This document shows, one piece after another, positions 40,501 to 51,308 of a stretch of DNA of 64,000 nt. Under the pieces are notes generated by a model. That model ran no database searches. It saw nothing but the letters and a program-made list of their open reading frames with translations, and was not told the DNA's origin. This stretch comes from Octopus sinensis (taxonomy: Eukaryota), in assembly GCF_006345805.1 (NCBI RefSeq), contig NC_043001.1:48918001-48982000 (forward strand), given 5' to 3'. Every line of letters starts with the position of its first letter. Position 1 is the stretch's first letter. A program made the translations under genes and the position numbers.

Positions 40501-42981
40501 TGGTGGTCAATGAGGAAACTAGGGATAGATGAATGGCTGGTGAGGGCTGTGCAAGCCATGTACAGAGATGCCGTAAGTAAGGTTAGAGTTGGCAACATGT
40601 ACACAGAAGAATTCAAAGTAGAGGTTGGGGTCCACCAGGGTTCAGTACTCAGCCCCCTCCTATTATCATAGTCCTCCAGGCAATAACGGAGGAATTCAAG
40701 ACCGGTTGCCCCTGGGAGCTCCTCTATGCTGACGACCTCACTCTAATCGCTGAGTCACTATCAGAACTGGAGGAGAAGTTCCAGGTGTGGAAGGAGGGTT
40801 TAGAATCGAGGGGCCTTAGAGTCAACCTAGCTAAAACCAAAGTACTAATAAGTAGAAAGGTAGAAAACCCACAAATATCATCAGGAAGATGGCCCTGTTC
40901 GATCTGTAGAAAAGGTGTAGGTAGAAACTCTATAAGATGTACCCAGTGTAAGCTATGGACACATAAGAGGTGCAGCAATGTCAAAGGTAGGCTAACTGGG
41001 AAGATAGTTTTTGTATGTGGCAGGTGCTCTGGAGCACTGACCTCCGAAAATCTGCAGAAAACAACTTCTGTCACTTTCCGGGGGGAAAAACTAGAAGTAG
41101 TTGATAGTTTCCGCTATCTAGGTGACCAAGTCAGTAGTGGGGGTGGGTGCGCTGAAAGTGTAACTGCTAGAATAAGAATAGCCTGGGCAAAGTTTAGGGA
41201 GCTCTTACCTCTGCTGGTGACTAAAGGCCTCTCGCTCAGAGTAAAAGGCAGACTGTATGATGCATGTGTACGAACAGCTATGCTACATGGCAGTGAAACA
41301 TGGGCCGTGACTGCTGAGGACATGCGTAAGCTCGTGAGGAACGAAGCCAGTATGCTCCGATGGATGTGTAATGTCAGTGTACTTACTCGACAGAGCGTTA
41401 GTACCTTGAGAGAAATGTTGTACCTAAGAAGCATCAGTTGTTGTGTGCAAGAGAGACGATTGCGCTGGTATGGTCATGTGGCGAGAATGGATGAAGAGAG
41501 GTGTGTGAGAAAGTGCCAATCCCTAGCAGTTGAGGGAACCCGTGGAAGAGGTAGACCCAGGAAAACCTGGGACGAGGTGGTGAAGCACGACCTTCGGACG
41601 TTAGGTCTCACCATGGAAATGACTAGAGACCGAGACCTATGGAAGTATGCTGTGCGTGAGAAGACCCGGCAAGACTAGTGTAGCCATAATCCGTGGCCCC
41701 TACCTGGGACGTAGTCAGTCCACCTGTGCATACCTTCCTTCTTGTGACACTTGTGAAGACCTGTTGAGGCAAGTGAGAATCGAATCGAATCGTATCAAAT
41801 CAAATCGAACCAAATCAAAATAGATGAACATCAATGGAATTTGTATCCTTGTGGTACCAGTGCCGGTGGCACATAAGAAAACCATCTGAACGTGACCGTA
41901 GCCAGTACCGCAATGACTGGCCTCCGTGCTGAGGGCACGTAACAAACACCATCCGAGCGTGGCCGTCCGCCAGCCTCGTCTAGCACCTGTGTCGGTGACA
42001 CATAAGAAAACACCATCCGAGCGTGGCCGTCTGCCAGCCTCGTCTGGCACCTGTGTCGGTGGCACATAAAAAACACCATCTGAGCGTGGCCGTCTGCCAG
42101 CCTCGTCTGGCACCTGTGTCGGTGGCACAAAAAAAACACCATCCGAGCGTGGCCGTCTGCCAGCCTCGTCTGGCACCTGTGTCGGTGGCACATAAAAAAC
42201 ACCATCCGAGCGTGGCCGTCTGCCAGCCTCGTCTGGCACCTGTGTCGGTGGCACATAAAATCACCCACTACACTCTCGGAGTGGTTGGCGTTAGGAAGGG
42301 CATCCAGCTGTAGAAACACTGCCACATCTGACTGGCCTGGTGCAGCCTTCGGGCTTCCCAGACCCCAGTTGAACCGTCCAACCCATGCTAGCATGGAAAG
42401 CGGACGTTAAACGATGATGATGATGATGATGATGATGAATCCCTAGCACCATTCTCTCTGTAGAAACCTCAGATTATTTTGGTGTCAAAGGTTGAACCAT
42501 AAATTAAATTGATAAATTAATATAGATTTTCCCATTTTATATTTCTATGATCTATTTTTGTTTGTTAATTGTTTGTTTTAAACCACACTTAATCCCTCTA
42601 TAAGTTGGAATGTAGAACTTGAAACTAACACTAGTCCAACAAGTGTTGGCTATGTTCATTGAGGTCGACTGTTTAAAATCTTATCTGATGATGGTGGATT
42701 GTATATTATGATGTAAACTATTATGACTACATTAAATAAAATTCTACTGAAACATTTGTCATAAACTGTAAATGCCATTCCTGTTTACTATTTTATTTCT
42801 TTACACCTCTTCTTAGTCTATAGTTCTATGTTTGAAAAACTCTAATTTAATGCCATGAGGGGATTGTGAGCTTAACATTTCATTGCCCAAATTTTTTCTT
42901 TTATTAAATGTTTTGTCAGAGGATGAAGTACAACAGGTATGTTCTTTTTTTAGGGTAACCAATACTTCTCAGAAGGAAGTG

Positions 42982-43025
<44 letters not shown>

Positions 43026-43558
43026 AGAGAAAGAGAGGGAGAGAAAGTATTTGTGTCTCTTTGTCTTTGATATTGCATGATTGTTGTAATTGAATGTTAT
43101 TCATTTCCAGTATTCTTTAGTCATGGGGGAAATATTACCTTACTTGGAAAAAAGTGAGTGTTGGTGACAAGAAGGACATCCAGCCATAGAATATCTGCCC
43201 TCAATAAATATTGTCTGACCCATTTACATGCATGGAAAAATGCATGTTAAAATGATGATGACAATGAAAACAACAAGGATGATGATGACATCCTATTCGT
43301 CTTGTATTTGAAACTGAAGTGTACTTTTTATATTTTCATAAATTAGTAAACTTTCATTTTTGGTTTATTTCTAGAAGCCCTCATAACTTCCTGAGAATCA
43401 CCAGAATCTTAACAGCCCTTGGAGAATTTGGCTTGAGGAGAGAACAGAAAAACTGGTTACGTTTCCTGGAGGGTATGGTTGAGAGAGGAATTCTTAAAGA
43501 AGCTGACTATTCTCTTAACAATTTTTGGACTCCAGCCGTTCAAGCCTTTGACAGATAA
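24360..43558 (+). CDS. OGFRL1: OGFr-domain (opioid growth factor receptor family, OGFR/OGFRL1-like) gene; join(24360-24444,31360-31438,35528-35594,37831-37973,43375-43558); 5' end incomplete
   Basis: Five exons with canonical AG/GT and compatible phases (85+79+67+143+184=558 nt) translate without stops to [185 protein letters not shown]. Motifs NLxFY, LExxHxYIQWLFP, MLxFYG and HNxLRITRILxxLGE are the recognisable OGFr conserved region. OGFR versus OGFRL1 orthology is not resolved. Confidence 0.93.
24769..24942. mobile_element. TTAA-flanked MITE (Kolobok/T2-like, AGG...CCT ends)
   Basis: TTAA|AGGGATTGGATTAACTG...CAGTTAATCCAATTCCT|TTAA, imperfect arms about 60 bp. Confidence 0.7.
25042..25436 (+). 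mobile_element. Short non-autonomous Helitron
   Basis: A|TCTTTATATATAAAAG...GC-rich hairpin...CTAG|T; second copy at 35716-36010 in opposite orientation. Confidence 0.8.
25479..25865 (-). mobile_element. RTE 3'UTR fragment
   Basis: (CAT)n tail plus gtttagcatccgctttccatgctagcatggg as in 12643-13095. Confidence 0.85.
26918..28516. repeat. About 0.48-kb unit: 2.4 direct tandem copies followed by a ~418-bp inverted copy
   Basis: Unit starts at 26918, 27418, 27892; inversion junction at 28099; internal 23-bp repeat agatggcattatacatacatgcc. Confidence 0.92.
28610..29060 (+). mobile_element. Old RTE 3'UTR fragment
   Basis: Degenerate gcacc...acactctcagagtggttggtgttaggaagagcatccag...gttaaatgatgatgat tail. 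Confidence 0.6.
29100..30770 (-). mobile_element. Decayed R4/Dong-like non-LTR retrotransposon 3' part (RT thumb, zinc knuckle, restriction-like endonuclease)
   Basis: [27 protein letters not shown] and [22 protein letters not shown]; [14 protein letters not shown]; many frameshifts. Confidence 0.8.
31360..31438 (+). CDS. OGFRL1: OGFr-like exon B (79 nt)
   Basis: ttttttcttttcaaag|GTGAT...CAGTG|gtgagt; [26 protein letters not shown]. Confidence 0.95.
32371..32414 (-). ncRNA. Minimal hammerhead-like motif (one core deviation) in a Penelope-type end
   Basis: CTTT CTGTCGA A GAGT ATGG GCTC GAAAC GTC AAAG; A6 replaced by T. Confidence 0.55.
32930..33452 (+). mobile_element. RTE 3' end (last codons plus 3'UTR plus (GAT)n)
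   Basis: gcgtgagaagacccggcaggacaagtga = REKTRQDK*, then the shared 3'UTR. Confidence 0.88.
35528..35594 (+). CDS. OGFRL1: OGFr-like exon C (67 nt)
   Basis: ttctatatttcag|GTTG...TTCAG|gtaaat; completes the W-LFP motif. Confidence 0.93.
35716..36010 (-). mobile_element. Short non-autonomous Helitron, internally deleted sister of 25042-25436
   Basis: Same termini; lacks about 95 bp lying between two atttttagaga direct repeats. Confidence 0.8.
37528..37735. repeat. Compound trinucleotide microsatellite (GAT/GGT/TAT)
   Basis: Directly visible; source of the poly-M/V/H/T ORFs. Confidence 0.95.
37831..37973 (+). CDS. OGFRL1: OGFr-like exon D (143 nt)
   Basis: tacatttcag|GAG...AAAGA|gtaagt; contains LMLDFYG. 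Confidence 0.93.
40345..42438 (+). mobile_element. 5'-truncated RTE LINE, relatively young (one frameshift near 40665), with expanded 3'UTR tandem repeat
   Basis: [29 protein letters not shown] 40785-41678 open to stop; (GAT)n tail at 42413-42438. Confidence 0.95.
41947..42260 (+). repeat. Five near-identical 63-bp tandem units in the RTE 3'UTR
   Basis: caccatc starts at 41947, 42011, 42074, 42137, 42200. Confidence 0.95.
43375..43558 (+). CDS. OGFRL1: OGFr-like terminal coding exon E
   Basis: ggtttatttctag|AAGCCC; [19 protein letters not shown]...AFDR, TAA at 43556-43558 (3' part of supplied ORF 43319-43558). Confidence 0.95.
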
Positions 43559-44231
43559 CTCAGTTTAAATTCTGAAAACATTAACATATTTTGCTAAAAT
43601 ATTTTGCAGTTTATTCTGAATTATATAATTTTATAAGTGCCTTATAATATTCAGTAACTTCCTTTTCACATTCTGGTTTCAAATTTTGCCAGGTTCTAAT
43701 TTTAAATTCATACCTTTCTGGGTCACATACTGCATATAAACTGAATCATCTGTTTCCTCTACAATACAATTTTTAGATCAGTACCAGACCAATTGTCCTG
43801 TGAGTTTGGGACTGAAGGTGTCCCAGATTTCTGAATTCATGCATGTGTCTGAATATTATCTGAATATCATCTATGTAGATGTGTGACAAATCGATGTTTA
43901 TTGAACTACAGTGATTCTTGCCTCTGGTCATCAGTACCAAATTGACCCATTTCTCTATTTTGAAAGAAAGTTTCATAAAAATCCATGAAACTCTTCTCAT
44001 CAATGTTTGAACATAACTCAGTCATTGATCTGATTTTCATAATTTCTTATTCATATTTCATCTATGTGAGTTTGAACTCACATATTTTAGGTAGTAATGG
44101 AATATGTGAGATAAATTGACAATCAACTGACTCATTTCATTGTAAAATATTAAACTGGAATTTTTATTGAGATATTGTTTATATTGGATATTATAAATGA
44201 TGAAAAAATTACTCTGTTATGAGCATGGCTT

Positions 44232-44237
44232 AATAAA
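44232..44237 (+). terminator. Candidate polyadenylation signal of the OGFr-like gene (3'UTR about 43559-44260)
   Basis: AATAAA about 670 nt after the stop, followed by T-rich sequence, just before a SINE. Confidence 0.5.
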
Positions 44238-44375
44238 AGATTTTATTTTTCAATTATAAATGTTCACATATATGTTTTGTTATCTGCTAATACAAACAAC
44301 TTAATCTGCTTGTTTGACTCTCTATATTTCTATTCTTCCCAGCATACCTCTTTCTATTATATATATATATATATA

Positions 44376-44756
44376 GGCGCAGGAGTGGCTGTGGTAAGTA
44401 GCTTGCTTACCAACCACATGGTTCTGGGTTCAGTCCCACTGCGTGGTACCTTGGGCAAGTGTCTTCTACTATAGCCTCAGGCCGAGCAAAGCCTTGTGAG
44501 TGGATTTGGTAGACGGAAACTGAAAAGAAGGCCGTTGTATATATGTATATGTATGTGTGTGTTTGTGTGTCTGTGTTTGTCCCACCAACATCACTTGACA
44601 CCCGATGCTGGTGTGTTTACGTCCCTGTAACTTATCAGTTCAGCAATAGAGACCAATAGAATAAGTACTAGGCTTCCAAAGAATAAGTCCTGGGGTCGAT
44701 TTGCTTGACTAAAGGTGGTGCTCCAGCATGGCTGCATTCAAATGACTGAAACAAAT
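44376..44756 (+). mobile_element. SINE family A, full length, followed by an RTE 3'UTR fragment (to about 45045)
   Basis: ggcgcaggagtggctgtggtaag...gggttcagtcccactgcgtggtaccttgggcaagtg...aaatgactgaaacaa. Confidence 0.85.
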
Positions 44757-45205
44757 GTGGCTGATGACAGTGCCCCCTGACTGGCTCCCATGCCAGTGGC
44801 ACGTAAAAAGCACTATCCGAATGTGAATGATGCTAGGCCCGCCTGTCTGGCTCCTGTGCAGTGGCATGTAAAAAGCACCCACTACACTCTCAGTGTGGCT
44901 GGCATTAGGAATGGCATTCAGCTGTAGAAACATTGTCAGATCAGATTGAAGCCTGATGCAGCAACTGGCACTCCAGACCTCAGTCAAACCATCCAACCCA
45001 TGCCAGCATTGACAACAGACGTTAAACAATGATGAGGAAGATGATATATATGCAGGCAGGCTGCTTGGTAAGAATTATGCATGACCCCTTACGAAAGTGC
45101 TTTCTATTGCAGCTCCAGGCTGACCCAAGTCGATTTGGTACATGAAAACTGAAAAATGCCTGTTGTGTGTGTGTGTGTGTGTGTGTTATCATCACTAATT
45201 GTGAC

Positions 45206-46260
45206 CAATGGTGCTACCTCTGCTGGTGACAAAGGGCCTCTCGCTCAGAGTAAAAGGTAGACTGTATGACGCATGTGCAAGAACAGCCATGCTACATGGC
45301 AGTGAAACATGGGCCGTGACTGCTGAGGACATGTGTAAGCTCACAAGGAATGAAGCTAGAATTCTCCGATGGATGTGTAATGTCAGTGGGCATACACGGC
45401 AGAGTGTAAGTACCTTGAGAGAAAAGTTGAACCTAAGAAGCATCAGATGTGGTGTGCAAGAGAGATGATTGCACTGGTATAGTCATGTGGCAAGAATGGA
45501 TGAGGATAGCTGTGTGAAAAAGTGCCACACCCTAGCGGTTTTGGGAACCTGTTGAAGAGGTAGACCCAGGAAGACCTGGGATGAAGTGGTGAAGCGCGAC
45601 CTTCAAGCATTAGGCTTCACCGAGGCAATGACTAGTGACCGAGACCTTTGGAAATATGCAGTGCGTGAGAAGAGCTGGTTAGCCAAGTGAGATCATATTC
45701 CCTATGCCAGGGGTGTAACCAGCCCACTTATGCGTACCTTTCCTTCACTGGACACTTAACTCTGCTTGCGAAGACCTGTTGAGGCAAGTGAAATCAAAAT
45801 CAAATCAAATTCACAAATTCAGTGGAGTGCCAAGAGCACCATCTGAGCATGATCGCTGCCAGAGCAGCTGACTGGCTTCCGTGCCGGTGGCACGTAAAAA
45901 GCACCATTCAAATGTGATAGTTACCAGCATTGCCTTACTGGCACTTGTGCCGGTAGCACATGAAAAACATTTGAGTGAGGTCGTTGCCAGTGCCACTGGA
46001 CTGGCTCCTGTGCAGGTGGCACGTAAAAAACACCACTTGAATGTGGCTGTCGCCAGTACTGCCTGACTGGCCCTAGTGCCAGTAGCATGTAAAAGCACCC
46101 ACTACACTCTCGGAGTGGTTGGCATTAGGAAGGGCATCCAGCTGTAGAAATTCTGCCAGATCAGATTGGAGCCAGGTGCAGCCATCTGGTTCGCCAGTCC
46201 TCAGTCAAATTGTCCAACCCATGCTAGCATGGAAAGTGGATGTTAAACGATGATGATGAT
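45206..46260 (+). mobile_element. Older decayed RTE 3' fragment
   Basis: [21 protein letters not shown]...GSETWAV; stops; 3'UTR repeats; (GAT)n tail. Confidence 0.9.
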
Positions 46261-47250
46261 GTTTCAAACAAATATTTATATATACTGACAGGGGAAATAA
46301 CTGCCCTATGAGCAATGCTAAAAACTCTGAGCCAGTTTTGCCTCTTAGTTTAGAAGTCATCAGTACTGTCACTCAATTTCTTTGATGAGACAGCTAAATA
46401 ACTTTGTCAATATATATATTTGTCATATGAATTTATGGTTGATTTGGCCAATGTATATACTAAAAATTTATAAAAGCAGCTAGGCACAATATAAAATCAT
46501 ATGAGAAAATTTAATCATCACTAATTGTGACTGAGGGTGCTGAGAGTACCTATATTGCAAGAAATAAGAGTTAAAACTCTGAAAGCTGCATGAAATGCAT
46601 ATTTATATACACTGGCAGAGAAGTGTATAGTTGTTTTTAACATATCTATACATTTTCAATATGTCCTACTAGATTTGAATGTGAGTATCTGATTGCTATC
46701 GTTTTTAAATATCATCAGGGAACATCTGCCCTTGGATGATCTGTGTTCATAACATGCAATTCATTGATGTAAAGGAACTTTGTGACAACAGTAATTAGAT
46801 ATTCACGTCCGAATGTGCCAGAACACGTGTTGGGAATGAATAGATATGTTATTGTTTGGATTGTTGCTGTTTTCAATGCACCTTATGAATTATAATCAGT
46901 TTGGCAGGTATCAGTGCGCATCACAAATAATTTGTATACTGATTTCTATAAACAAGAGTCTATATTTTTGTTAGATTTGTTGCCTGAGACACTCAATAAG
47001 GCCAAAACTCTGTGGTATCTCAAAGACCCCTTACATCAATGAATTGCATGTATTATGAACAGACATGGTATAGAATTGGTAGAAAAGGAAGTTTGTAAAG
47101 ACAATATATTTGTGTGCTAGAGGATGGTGAACGATTTCTTGCCTGTTGGAAGGTGCCTCTCATGATGGAGCCTAGGTGGTTTCTGTGTTAAGCAGCAGTG
47201 CATTCTCAGATATGGAAGCAATATTCTATTGTGAATCTTAGTTGAACTTT

Positions 47251-47436
47251 ATTTACATTATTTACATTTGATGGACATTTCTCCTCATCTTGTTTGTTGT
47301 TAACATGTTTTGGCTGATAACCCTCCAGGCTTCATCGGGTGTCATGGGCATATGGCATAGTGGTTAAGAGTGTGGGCTACTAACCCCAAGATTCCGAGTT
47401 CAATTCCAGGCAGTGACCTAAATAATAATAATAATG

Positions 47437-47491
<55 letters not shown>

Positions 47492-47689
47492 CAACATCGT
47501 AAAATACCTTAGGAATGAGAACCCCGGTTTGAAATTTCCCCCAAGACACCTGATGAAAGCTGGAGGGTATATCAGCCGAAATGTTGTGTTAACAACAAAC
47601 AAGATGAAGACAAATATCCGTCAAATGTAAATAATGCAAATAATGTAAATAATGTACATAATTCCTCAACTCTTAAATATAGTACAGCG
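47251..47689 (+). mobile_element. Composite tRNA-headed SINE-like element with Penelope-type hammerhead tail and 5' inverted segment, 13-bp TSD
   Basis: TTAGTTGAACTTT at 47238-47250 and 47690-47702; A box 47353-47363, B box 47396-47407; (AAT)n; CTGATGA 47550, GAAA 47578; 47251-47345 is the reverse complement of the ribozyme-to-tail segment. Confidence 0.75.
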
Positions 47690-48469
47690 TTAGTTGAACT
47701 TTGTTTGAGAGTCAGTAACTGCTTGAAGCTGAAGTATATATTCTAGCTATTTTGACTCTTCAAGCCTGCTGCAGATCCACATGGTTTGAAGCATAGGGGA
47801 CAGACAAAAGTTGTAACTTCCACTGGATTGATCTGATCACTGTGAAATATAATCTCTGTGAATTACCATATGTCTCTTCACTCACGAAATTGACTTGCAA
47901 GTCCTTTCACACAATACACCTGCCAAATTTGCCTGGTCTAGGAGGAAGCGCATTGCATGTTGTTGATCTTTCATGGGACTTCAAATGGTTGACATACCCA
48001 GCTTAGAAAGGAGTACATGGCCACACGTTTCACACCTTCCTCACTTTATGTTCTCGTTAAGGTTCTGATGGCAGTCCCTCCAAAGTCAATGCCTTAGGGT
48101 TTCCTGCTCAAGGCAATGCTCTTCAAAAGTTTCACAATGTTCATTTCTATACTTCCTACACTCAGATCTTTTGAAAACTAAATCTTTTCAGTACCTTACA
48201 TCGATTTGCTGTTCCTTCGGGTTGCCTTCTTTGCAGTCTTTGTTCCATTTTTGTGGTTTGTGATAATAACACTTTTCAGTACACAACTGTAGTACATACA
48301 TACATTCACACACACACACACACACACTCTCTCTCTCCCTTACACACACACACATACACACATGAAAGCAGTAACACCATCACAGCAGAACTAGCAGGAG
48401 GAGAGTCTGGGTGTGTGCTAAGCAATTGTTAATCAACAGAACTGTGATATCAGAGGTGTGGGGGCATAG

Positions 48470-49150
48470 AAGGGACCTAGTTTCAATGTGGCTAGACTAC
48501 AAGAAAGCATTTGACTGTTCCCAACTCATGGATGCTAGAAGCCCTACAACTTGTTAAAGTTCCAGTGAGCACAGTCAAAGCCAGAGCTGACCTGACTTCA
48601 TCATGGGCCATCATCTTGAATTTAAACATAAGGAGTGACTTTATTCTCACTGATAGAATCCAGTATCACAGAGGCATATTCCAAGGGGACAGCCTCTCTG
48701 TGATGTTGTTTATACTTTCTGTAAACCCCTTGTCATTAATGTTGAAGTCTGAAGGATATCTCACTGGTTCACATGGAAAGAGAAATACCAAGATTAAGTG
48801 CTTCTTCTTTGTAGATGACTTGAATCTATGTGCAAAGAATATGTACAAGCTGAAAAAAGAGCCTTGACTTGGTTACAACATTCTCAAAGGATATAGGGTT
48901 GGTGTTAGATCAGGATAAATGTTGTTATGTAGTTGTGTAAAGGGGAAAAACTGTAAAGCAGACTAGCAACATCTCCATCAATGACTTGACTGTTTCCCCT
49001 ATATCTGATGAGGAATGTTATAGGTATCTAGGGGTGGATGAAAATGTATCTTATGATGGCACGTGTGACAGAACATGTGTCACTAAAGAATATTACAGCT
49101 GAATAAAGAAAATTTGGACCACAAAATTCTCTGCATTCAATAAAACATTC
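48470..49150 (+). mobile_element. Decayed R4/Dong-like RT core
   Basis: (A)FDxVPNSWM, RGIFQGDSLSVMLFILSVNPLS, FFVDDL, RYLGV. Confidence 0.8.
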
Positions 49151-49929
49151 TAAAAAGCTTTGGAACTTGGTTACAAACTAGTTGTTTCTCTTTTGGCACA
49201 AATTCTTGAAATGAAACTGAATAATGACATACCTACCTACCTTCCTATATACAGACCTACCTATTTACCTACCTACCTACCTACACACACACACACACAC
49301 ACACATAACTGCTCTGAAACCTCCAGTTCCTATATCCAGACTATAAATTCACATTTGTATTGATAATAATTGGTGCTCCTGGTTTTGTAAGTAAATACCA
49401 AGTCACAGTCTAGCTAATTCACATGTTATAAACAATCTGTAAGTGGGACTGTAAAAATATGCAAGACTTTTCTCAAGTTTCAAATGTGACTTTATTTTTG
49501 TTATCTAGATTCCAATGATAGAACTTTGTATCCTTTGTTAGAAACCAACTCCGTTCTCAGAGGAAAAATTCATATAACTAAAAACAGAAGTGAACCTACA
49601 TGCATAGATACATACATACATGCATGCATACATACATGCACACACGCACACACACGCACACACACACACACACACAGAGGAGGGAAAAGAGTGTGCGTTT
49701 GCCTTCAATAATTCAGATAACTGTATGAGGCATTTTATTCTAAATGAGTATACAAAATAGTAATCAGGAATATGCATAATACTAGACTACACGTGACCCA
49801 TTGGCTCACTGAAGAAGTCTGAGTTTCCCAGCAACAGAGTTTTATTTCTTGTGTTTTTTTTCTTTTCCATGTTATTTCACATGCTTTCAACGAATGGGAA
49901 ATCAAAATTACGTGTAAACGGCTCCTTTC

Positions 49930-50124
49930 ATACTGAGGTTACCAACGGGTCTTTTATGAAATATTTACTGTATTTTTGAAGCCATTTTGGAAACAATTCA
50001 AACTTTGTATGAGTCCATACCTCATAGAATTCAAGATGTAATACTTTCAAAGGTGGTCCTACCCCATATTGAATTAAATTTGTTTGAAATTTTAAGTTGT
50101 TTCCATTATTTTGTCCAACCCCTG
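49930..50124 (+). mobile_element. Tc1-like 3' end with terminal inverted repeat
   Basis: TIQTLYESIPHRIQDV...GGPTPY* then tccattattttgtccaacccctg. Confidence 0.7.
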
Positions 50125-50134
50125 TGTGTGTGTA

Positions 50135-50178
<44 letters not shown>

Positions 50179-50635
50179 GAAGGTTGAAAAGTAACACATG
50201 AGTTGATATATACAAGGAAAATAAGACAAGTTAGAAAATTCTAAAATAATTTTATCATGATGAACATTTTAGTACCAGTGTCTTTTTGACTTTTTCAAGC
50301 AAGGAAAACAATTAAATTGAAGAAAAATTAAATGAAGTGTTTTTTTAAAATATGGTTACATTTTACTTGTGATACTAATATTCCTGAAAAGCCATAAATA
50401 TCACAACATCCCATATCCTTTTTTACAGTAAATATGAAGTTATGTGACTTATGAAGAAGTCATTTCAGGGCATGAGATTGCAATAATCCAAGATCAAAAC
50501 CAGTGATTAGGGGAGTGGTTTCAGCTAGTACATAGGTCCAGTGTCCAGAGAGGTTAAAAGCACACCCTAAAAAGTGTAGAAAAAAGTACTAACATCTTAA
50601 TTTTGGGAGGATTTCCCCTCTCCCTACCCAGAGAC

Positions 50636-51308
50636 CAGTAGCGGCCCATGTATAGGCACTGCAGGACTGCAGCACTCCCTATTTCCACTCGATATTATCG
50701 ATAACATTCAATATAATGTGTCCTTTTTTCGTTAATTCTTCCTTTATACTTGTACATTATATAATCCTTAAGCTTAATGTCAGTAGCCATCCCCTAGTTT
50801 ATGAAAAAAATACAAAACCCTTGTGTGCTTCACAGTTCTAGTGATGTGGTATTTGGCTGTTGTGCGCATGCTCAGATGTCCGAGATAGGAAGCTTCGCAC
50901 TAGGGAGAGAGATCACTGCATGAACAACAATGCTGACTCGGGTGTTTTGGTGAAAATTAGTGTTTCTTTTTAACCCTGTGTGTGTTGTGCTTAAAAATAC
51001 GTTTATATTCTTCAGTGTGATAAAGTGTAAAATCAGATTATTATCCTGCTGTTTTGCTGCCAGGATTTGAAACAGGGCACATTTCCCTGCCTTATTTTGT
51101 GGTTTAGAGGGGATTTTTGAAAAACAAGGGGAAATTTGTGGTGGTGTTCAGTGAACTACCCGGCAATGGGTAAAACGCGAATTGATCAAGTTTATGTATA
51201 AATTTTCTTTTTATATGTTTACTTACTTTTACACAATATTAAAACAACGGCTAAAAATTTTCTGAAGCAGCACCCCCCCCCCACCTAATTTTATCTATGG
51301 GCCACCCA
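50636..51308. mobile_element. Possible MITE with decayed TIRs
   Basis: CAGTAGCGGCCCATG... / ...CTATGGGCCACC. Confidence 0.35.

Noticed and set aside
41715-42394. 179-187 aa repetitive minus-strand ORFs; superficially CRISPR-like periodicity
   Set aside because: Contiguous 63-bp tandem units with no unique spacers, inside an RTE 3'UTR, in a eukaryotic context with no cas genes.
43319-43374. 5' part of supplied ORF 43319-43558 ([19 protein letters not shown])
   Set aside because: It is the intron's pyrimidine tract; the real exon starts at 43375.
24360-43558. Reading the OGFr-like gene as evidence for opioid signalling
   Set aside because: OGFr-domain proteins are unrelated to GPCR opioid receptors and occur in organisms without enkephalins; the name does not establish a ligand.
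47346-47418. Possible tRNA gene (likewise 60232-60300)
   Set aside because: A/B boxes are present but there is no proper acceptor stem, and it runs directly into a repeat body, so it is a SINE head.
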